Positions 57,527 to 64,000 of a DNA stretch of 64,000 nucleotides are shown here, in pieces. The DNA is taken from positions 707 through 64,706 of the forward strand of contig CAZEDL010000002.1 in assembly GCA_964510885.1 (NCBI GenBank). The letters are read 5' to 3'. Numbering within the stretch: the first letter of the stretch is position 1; each line of letters begins with the position of its first letter. Both the position numbers and the translations under genes were made by a program. The notes under the pieces were generated by a model. It saw only the letters and a program-made list of their open reading frames with translations. It searched no databases and had not been told where the DNA came from. This DNA is from an uncultured Gammaproteobacteria bacterium (GTDB taxonomy: Bacteria > Patescibacteriota > Patescibacteriia > Magasanikbacterales > GWA2-37-8).

Positions 57527-57604
57527 AGCATCATAATTTAACTAAAAATATCTTTATATATTTATTTTAGCAGGTCACCGTAAAAATTCAATTGTTATTT
57601 GTAG

Positions 57605-57880
57605 GTGAACATTGAGCTAAAAAAGAGGCGGCTGACCACAGTCACCATCATCCTTTTCGACGGCCAAGAGAAAACTAGCATATACGACTTGCGATAAACA
57701 AGAGCCAACGCTGACGTCGCCAAGAAAAGTGCCGGGCCCCACGGCCCGGCACACACAACGGAAGGTTTCTCGACCCCGCCACTGCACATGTTCTCAACCA
57801 TATTGAGCCTATGTGCAGCGGGATCGAGAAATTAGGTGCATATTATAAAACAATCCCGACTGAGTCGGGATTGTTTTTTT
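57605..57880 (+). ncRNA. Orphan gene tail plus structured 3' trailer motif, copy B
   Basis: 30-codon ORF (57605-57697), GC hairpin, bulged hairpin 57766-57831 with CTCAA/TTGAG apex, terminator. Confidence 0.5.
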
Positions 57881-57891
57881 AATCGTAATTA

Positions 57892-60429
57892 TTACCAGGT
57901 ATATCGCTGGCTTTTTTGCCCAGACACATCAACCACTTCTGCATAGGCGGAAATAAAAGCCCTAGGCTGCACTAACAAAAAATCATAACTGCAGCTTAGC
58001 TGCACTTTTCCTCCGGCAGTGCAGGTTTTTACCAATGGCAGCGGTGAAATTTTTTGATTATCACTGAGATAAATATTAACCTCTTCGAAATTGCTATCAC
58101 CATTTACCACAGCAGTAAACCTCCAAATACGCTGACCCACCTCGTTAGTAATCAACTGATCAGACGTACTAACCTTAAAAGCGTTGCCGGGCAGCAATAC
58201 CGGGCTAGAAGGCGCTGATTTTGTTTGAGACTTAATAAGGAGCGGCGAGTTCAATTCGCCGGTAGCAACAGAGCGTTGCGATGAGGCGCCAAGCCAGCTT
58301 CCACCTCTGCCGTACACACCCACATTATAAGACCGATTTTTGTCCTCGGCACTAATATCTACTGCACAATCAGCCGTCGTTGGCACGCTCGAAAAACTAC
58401 AATACCTAACCTGTGTCCATGATGGGCCAGACAAATTTTCTGAGCTTGAACCGCTATAGATGGCGATACTGCCTACACCTGCTTGCGCTTTTGTACTGAC
58501 TTCAATGCGAGCTGTATGCTTGGCAGCACCTGGAGCCGCTTCACGCCACCCACTTAGAACACTGATCGAGCCGCTGACCGGAGCAGTGACCGTGCTTTTT
58601 ATTGGCACTGTAGAAAATCCAGTTAGAACACCGGCTGGCACTGATTCGGTCTTTTTGGCAGGTGCTCCAACCGAACTTGTTGCTGGTGAAAGAGTGAACT
58701 GGTATCGAGGAGCTTTGGGATTGGGCCGAGTTGTAGCATCAGACACTAAATTTTGCGGCGGGTTCGTGCGCGCTGCAGTAGCAGCGCTATATGATAACGG
58801 TGAATAATAAGAAATATCCGGACGCTTTATATTAGCAGAACCCTTTGTTACCAATTGCGGGAGCGTCTGAATAACTTTTTTGTAATCTTTAGTATATACT
58901 TGCGCATACTGATATAGTTTTTTTCCAGCCTGCCATGGTACCTGCATTTCGCAAGTACTGTTGCTGACAGTTCCTACATAGCAGCTCTTAGCCAATATCC
59001 ATGGCGCTGATTCGTGATCACGGACATAGACTTCTACCTCAGCTGCCCCGGCAGGGGCAATAACATTTGCCCCGATAATGCCATATTCTTTATGTTCAGT
59101 ATAGGTAGCTCGCCCCGCCGGAGTATCGTACCACTGACCGTAGCTAACCAACTGAGGCACGGTAACCGAAAAGGAAATTGGCGGCAAAACTAAAGTGGAT
59201 GCCGCGTCTTCGGGGGCAATGATTCCGTCGCTCCAACGATATTTTTTGAATTTTAGCTCAACCGATTTACTATTTTTATCGATCCCTCTATTCACAGGAA
59301 TATCAAAATCAGTATCCGCAGGATCAATAAAAAATTCAATTGACTGATAAGCTTTATTACCAACTGGCACAGCCGGGTCAAATATTAATTGAGACGAATT
59401 TGTCTGCCCGCTGTCTACATTTACTAAGCGAATTGTTCCTTGGCGAATTGGATACGATGATGAATCTTTGGCGTTCAGCTGGTAAGAAATAACCAATTCA
59501 TTATCACCTTTGCCGACAGCCAACGCACTTCCGGCTAGAGCCATCTCTAGGCTGTGCAGTTTTGAGACTTCTTTTGCAGGTTTGTCTGAAAAAATCTTGG
59601 GCGTGACGTCAAAAAAAACTGAACCAAGCGAGCTGGAGCGACGACTGGAATCAACTTTGCAACCCGCTTCCGGACAGCGCGTAGGAGTGACGAGACTTTG
59701 ACGGTATACTAATTTCGGCGTAGCTGCATCATTGATGTTGATAGCAACTGCAGGCACTTGGGATTTATCTGAGGTCCTGGCTACTAAATCAGCACTAGTG
59801 AGGCCAGAGGCCGAATACTGACCGGTGTCTTTTTTAAGACTTATACGGGTCGCATTTGCGCTGAGCGCCCCGGATTTGAATATACCTTTAACGGTAACTA
59901 GGCTCGGTTGATTTTTTTGTAGGAGTAACCCGAGCGTTGGCGATAGCGCTGCAGCATCAGGAGCCGGTGAATTGAAGGGTTTATTTAGATTAAAAATAAC
60001 TTCACCATTTTCTGCCCGGGCTCCCGGTACAAAAAACTGTCCTGAGTTGTAGCCAGTACCTAGATATTTGGTGCCATCTGGCAACAAAATATTTTCCGTC
60101 ACCGACCCGCTAGCTACCAAATACCATTTATCCACTTGATTAAAAAATTCAGGATTACTCGTTACCAATGTAAATTTTTCAATATTAATCGGCTGCTCTG
60201 GGGCCGTAAATTTAAACTGAGCCAAAATTATGTCATAGTCATATCCAGGCAGGATGACTATATTATCGCTGCTATCATGTGGACGGCTCGTTAAGGCCGT
60301 GGGTGGCATTGCCTCGATAGTTACTACAGGGGAAGCAGCGGAAACTGGAGCGCCACGATATACCACCACACTACTTAATACGATAATTGCTAAGAAGAAT
60401 GTTATAATTTTGCTTTTGTGAATATGCAT
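57892..60429 (-). CDS. Large secreted/surface beta-rich hypothetical protein
   Basis: Signal peptide; 845 aa; repeated modules with paired Cys. Confidence 0.75.
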   Translation of the reverse strand: MHIHKSKIITFFLAIIVLSSVVVYRGAPVSAASPVVTIEAMPPTALTSRPHDSSDNIVILPGYDYDIILAQFKFTAPEQPINIEKFTLVTSNPEFFNQVDKWYLVASGSVTENILLPDGTKYLGTGYNSGQFFVPGARAENGEVIFNLNKPFNSPAPDAAALSPTLGLLLQKNQPSLVTVKGIFKSGALSANATRISLKKDTGQYSASGLTSADLVARTSDKSQVPAVAININDAATPKLVYRQSLVTPTRCPEAGCKVDSSRRSSSLGSVFFDVTPKIFSDKPAKEVSKLHSLEMALAGSALAVGKGDNELVISYQLNAKDSSSYPIRQGTIRLVNVDSGQTNSSQLIFDPAVPVGNKAYQSIEFFIDPADTDFDIPVNRGIDKNSKSVELKFKKYRWSDGIIAPEDAASTLVLPPISFSVTVPQLVSYGQWYDTPAGRATYTEHKEYGIIGANVIAPAGAAEVEVYVRDHESAPWILAKSCYVGTVSNSTCEMQVPWQAGKKLYQYAQVYTKDYKKVIQTLPQLVTKGSANIKRPDISYYSPLSYSAATAARTNPPQNLVSDATTRPNPKAPRYQFTLSPATSSVGAPAKKTESVPAGVLTGFSTVPIKSTVTAPVSGSISVLSGWREAAPGAAKHTARIEVSTKAQAGVGSIAIYSGSSSENLSGPSWTQVRYCSFSSVPTTADCAVDISAEDKNRSYNVGVYGRGGSWLGASSQRSVATGELNSPLLIKSQTKSAPSSPVLLPGNAFKVSTSDQLITNEVGQRIWRFTAVVNGDSNFEEVNIYLSDNQKISPLPLVKTCTAGGKVQLSCSYDFLLVQPRAFISAYAEVVDVSGQKSQRYTW

Positions 60430-60485
60430 AGAACTAGATAACGCGAGTCAACGCGTGCCCTGAGCAAGAGTCAGTGGCCAGCGCT

Positions 60486-60534
60486 ATAAAAAACAATCCC
60501 GATTTCTATGATAGCGGATCGGGATTGTTTTTAT
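60486..60534 (-). terminator. rpoC terminator
   Basis: TAAAAAACAATCCCGAT/ATCGGGATTGTTTTTA. Confidence 0.8.
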
Positions 60535-60546
60535 AGTAAATTACAG

Positions 60547-63500
60547 CTATTGTTTATACCCAGTACCAACCGGGATCAAGCGACCGATAATGACGTTTTC
60601 TTTGAGACCGTCGAGGTAATCGATCTTGCCGGTGGTGGCAGTGTTGATGAGTACGCGAGCAGTTTCTTGGAACGAAGCGGCCGAGAGGAAGCTCTGGGTG
60701 GAGAGGGCAACCTTACTGACACCGAGGAGGAGTTCGCGCCCGGTGGCTAGTTTGCCACCATTCTTTTTGGTAGCACGGTTGGCAAATTCAAGCTGGGCTT
60801 TTTCTACGACTTCGCCAGGGAGAAGTTCGGTATCCCCTGCATCTTCAACGTATACACGGCTGAACATTTGGCGGATGATAAGTTCGACGTGTTTGTCATT
60901 AACTTTCTGACCTTGCGACGAATAGATGTTCTGCACTTCTTCGAGGATGTAACGCTGGACTGCTGGGCGGCCTTTGAGTTCGCAGAGTTCCTGCAGGTTA
61001 ATACTACCATCGGTGAGGCGATCGCCCGCATTTACCATATCGCCATTCTTTACATAGATCTTATACCCCATCGGCACGATGTGTTCGTGAACGCGTGGGC
61101 CTTCGTAGCTGAGCGTGACTTGATTCTTGGCGACTTTGACCTGGCCTTTATATTTGGCTTTGATTTCTTCGCCAGAAGCGCCACGGACTACGAGCACGGC
61201 ATCGGCTTCGACATGGTCGCCGTCTTTAACGGTGATTTCGTCACTTGATTTGCATTTAATCTTCATTTCTTCCATGCCTTCGAAGTGCACGCGGACAATC
61301 TTCTGACCACTACGGCCTTCGAAAACTTTTTTGCCGCTCGGAGCGATTACGATCTTGCCATCAGCATCTTCGATTTCGATTTTGCCAGCGACACGAGCCA
61401 AGAAGGCCTGGTGCTTCGGCGTGCGGACTTCGAACAATTCTTCTACACGCGGCAAACCTTGGGTAATATCGCCACCGGCGACACCACCAGAGTGGAAGGT
61501 ACGCAGCGTAAGCTGGGTACCTGGTTCACCGATACTTTGCGCGGCGATGACACCGACGGCGTTACCGAATTCAACGGCTTTGTTCTGAGACAAATCGAAG
61601 CCGTAGCACTGGCGGCAGACACCTTTTGGTAAGCGGCACTGGAGGAGACTGCGGACGTGAACAGATTGGACTGCAAGTTCATCGATCTGGCGAGAAGCAT
61701 GATCGTCGATCGCTTCGCCAGCTTTGACCAATACTTTATTACCAGCTTTCAGATCAGATACAACATAGCGGCCAAAGACGCGGCTCGACAGTTTTTCACC
61801 CATTTCTTTGGATTGTTCGACGGTGAAGATTTCACCGTTCTGATCACCACAATCTTCTTCGATGACTACCACATCTTGCGACACATCTACCAAGCGGCGG
61901 GTGAGGTACCCGGCGTTCGCAGTACGAAGCGCGGTATCGGACAGACCTTTACGCGTACCGTGACTTGAAATGAAGAATTCAAGTACGTTGAAGCCTTCTT
62001 TGAAGTTACCCTTAATCGGGAGTTCGATAATATCACCAGACGGCGACACCACGAGACCTTTCATACCCATCACCTGACCAAGCTGACCATAGGTACCACG
62101 GGCACCAGAATCTATCATAGCGTAGACCGGGCCATTTTTATCAAGCACAGCCTGGTTGTTGGCCATGATTTTATCTTTGGTTTCGGTCCAGATTTCAAGA
62201 ATCGCTGAGTGGCGTTCAGCCTGGGTCAAGAGACCTTCCTGGAATTGAGATTCCATTTCGCGGATTTTTTCATCAGCATCTTTAATCAAGCCTGGTTTTT
62301 CAACGATAGTCGGGAAGTCATCCATACCAAGCGAGTAGCCAGATTTGGTGACATAGCGATAGCCAAGGTTCTTGATTTCATCAAGCAGGTTGGCGGTGGT
62401 TTGCTGGTCGTAGGTTTCAAGACAGCGGCGGATAATGGCGCCGAGCTTCTTCACATTCACAACATCGTTCACATAGGCCATTTTGGCTGGGATGATTTCG
62501 TTGAAGAAAATGCGACCAACTGAGGTTTCAATTAGAACTGGAGTGTCGTCGGCAAATTTTTCGCGATTAGAGAAGCGCACTTTGATGCGTTCGTGCAAGG
62601 TGACCATGCGGCTCTTGTAAGCGAGCTTGGCTTCTTTTTCGGAGCCGAAGAATTTGGTTACTGGCGCGGTATCGCGACTGTCGTAGTGGGTGAGATAGAA
62701 ACAACCAAGTACGATATCTTGTTTTGGGGTAATCACTGGGTCACCGGTGGCTGGTTTCAAGAGATTCTTTTCAGAGGCCATCAAATTTTCGGCTTCGAAG
62801 CGAGCGCCAGCGGTGAGCGGGAGGTGAACGGCCATCTGGTCACCGTCAAAGTCAGCGTTAAAGGCGGTACAGGTGAGGGGGTGGAGCTGAATAGCTTTAC
62901 CTTCAACGAGACGCGGGTGAAAGGCCTGGATACCAAGGCGGTGCAGTGTCGGGGCGCGGTTAAGAAGCACGCGGGTGGTCTGTGTCAATTCTTCAAGGAT
63001 ATCCCAGACTTCGTCGTGCTCAGCTTCGATAAAGCGGCTGGCACTGCGGACATTATGGGCCAATTCACGTTTGATAATTTCGCTGATGATGAATGGCTTG
63101 AACAATTCAAGGGCCATGCGTTTTGGCAAACCACATTCATCGATGTTGAGCTGCGGGCCAACCACGATAACCGAACGACCGGAATAGTCGACGCGTTTAC
63201 CAAGGAGGTTCTGGCGGAAGCGGCCTTGTTTACCTTTAAGAATGTCTGCTAAGGAGCGGAGCTGGCGTTTCTGACCAGTGGAGGCCGTGACGGTTTTGGA
63301 ATGACGGGCGTTGTTGTCGATAAGAGCATCGACGGCTTCTTGCAACATGCGTTTTTCGTTGCGGCAGATAACTTCTGGGGCATCAAGCTCGGTGAGGCGG
63401 CGCAAGCGGTTGTTGCGGTTGATGACGCGGCGATAGAGATCGTTAAGATCTGATGTCGCAAAGCGACCACCGTCGAGGGCGACCATAGGGCGCAGATCCG

Positions 63501-64000
63501 GCGGGATAACTGGGATCACTTTGAGGATCATCCATTCTGGGCGGATCTTGGTCATCAAGAGACTCTTCAAGAGCTTCTTGCGGCGGATCATACGCTCAAG
63601 TTTGGCGCCTTTGGTGGTTTCTTGTTCGGCGTCAATCTTCTTGATGGTTTCTTCGAGGTTGATGCGGGAGAGCAAATTGTGCACGGCTTCGGCACCGATG
63701 GCAGCCTCGAACAAGTGACCATAGCGGAGCGATAATTCCTGATATTTATTTTCAGAAATGATGCGCATGACCTGAAGTTCTTTCAGATCTTTGTCAGCTT
63801 GCTGGAAGTCGGCTTCGAGCGCTTTTTGCTTGCGTTCGGCATCGTCGCGAATTTCGTCGCCTTTGCTGGCATCGTCACCGGCTTTAGATAGAGCTTCATC
63901 GCGTTCGCGGTCGATTTGTTTCTTTTTCTGTTTATACTCTTGGCGGAGAAGATCAGTGGTTTGTTTTTTACCCGCATCATCGACTGAGGTAATAATGAAC
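60547..64000 (-). CDS. rpoC: RNA polymerase beta' subunit (5' part outside window)
   Basis: NADFDGD, GKRVDYSGRS, LNRAPTLHRLGIQAF, GEPGTQLT; frame continues upstream of 63768 toward the window edge. Confidence 0.98.
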   Translation of the reverse strand, partial: FIITSVDDAGKKQTTDLLRQEYKQKKKQIDRERDEALSKAGDDASKGDEIRDDAERKQKALEADFQQADKDLKELQVMRIISENKYQELSLRYGHLFEAAIGAEAVHNLLSRINLEETIKKIDAEQETTKGAKLERMIRRKKLLKSLLMTKIRPEWMILKVIPVIPPDLRPMVALDGGRFATSDLNDLYRRVINRNNRLRRLTELDAPEVICRNEKRMLQEAVDALIDNNARHSKTVTASTGQKRQLRSLADILKGKQGRFRQNLLGKRVDYSGRSVIVVGPQLNIDECGLPKRMALELFKPFIISEIIKRELAHNVRSASRFIEAEHDEVWDILEELTQTTRVLLNRAPTLHRLGIQAFHPRLVEGKAIQLHPLTCTAFNADFDGDQMAVHLPLTAGARFEAENLMASEKNLLKPATGDPVITPKQDIVLGCFYLTHYDSRDTAPVTKFFGSEKEAKLAYKSRMVTLHERIKVRFSNREKFADDTPVLIETSVGRIFFNEIIPAKMAYVNDVVNVKKLGAIIRRCLETYDQQTTANLLDEIKNLGYRYVTKSGYSLGMDDFPTIVEKPGLIKDADEKIREMESQFQEGLLTQAERHSAILEIWTETKDKIMANNQAVLDKNGPVYAMIDSGARGTYGQLGQVMGMKGLVVSPSGDIIELPIKGNFKEGFNVLEFFISSHGTRKGLSDTALRTANAGYLTRRLVDVSQDVVVIEEDCGDQNGEIFTVEQSKEMGEKLSSRVFGRYVVSDLKAGNKVLVKAGEAIDDHASRQIDELAVQSVHVRSLLQCRLPKGVCRQCYGFDLSQNKAVEFGNAVGVIAAQSIGEPGTQLTLRTFHSGGVAGGDITQGLPRVEELFEVRTPKHQAFLARVAGKIEIEDADGKIVIAPSGKKVFEGRSGQKIVRVHFEGMEEMKIKCKSSDEITVKDGDHVEADAVLVVRGASGEEIKAKYKGQVKVAKNQVTLSYEGPRVHEHIVPMGYKIYVKNGDMVNAGDRLTDGSINLQELCELKGRPAVQRYILEEVQNIYSSQGQKVNDKHVELIIRQMFSRVYVEDAGDTELLPGEVVEKAQLEFANRATKKNGGKLATGRELLLGVSKVALSTQSFLSAASFQETARVLINTATTGKIDYLDGLKENVIIGRLIPVGTGYKQ

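Overview
Bacterial chromosomal window, genetic code 11. Gene content, SD-less T-ATG starts and many orphan ORFs suggest Patescibacteria/CPR (inference; possibly ABY1/Magasanikbacteria-like). The housekeeping backbone comprises tgt, rplA, a dTTP-synthesis cluster, gatB, a de novo pyrimidine operon lacking pyrD, ruvA/ruvC/yebC, type-2 ileS behind an unusual T-box, rpiB/rpe/trxB/pfkB, a speA-DHS-speB polyamine operon and the 3' part of rpoC. The main finding is a set of seven dispersed single-gene cassettes, plus two orphan 3' remnants, that differ systematically from native genes. They have GC-rich coding sequence, a strong Shine-Dalgarno (native genes have none and almost always have T at -1), host-type AT-rich sigma70 promoters (clear in five, weaker in one), hairpin-rich 5' leaders (three with an rrn-type hairpin-boxA) and structured 3' trailers; one trailer fold recurs with compensatory changes. 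Two products resemble Myxococcota lipoproteins. These may be a dedicated gene-capture system or mRNAs built for translation by a high-GC host's ribosomes; both are hypotheses. Also present are REP/MITE-like palindromes, heptamer arrays and two candidate leader-peptide attenuators. No rRNA, tRNA, CRISPR array or transposase was seen. All calls are by eye; no database search was run.
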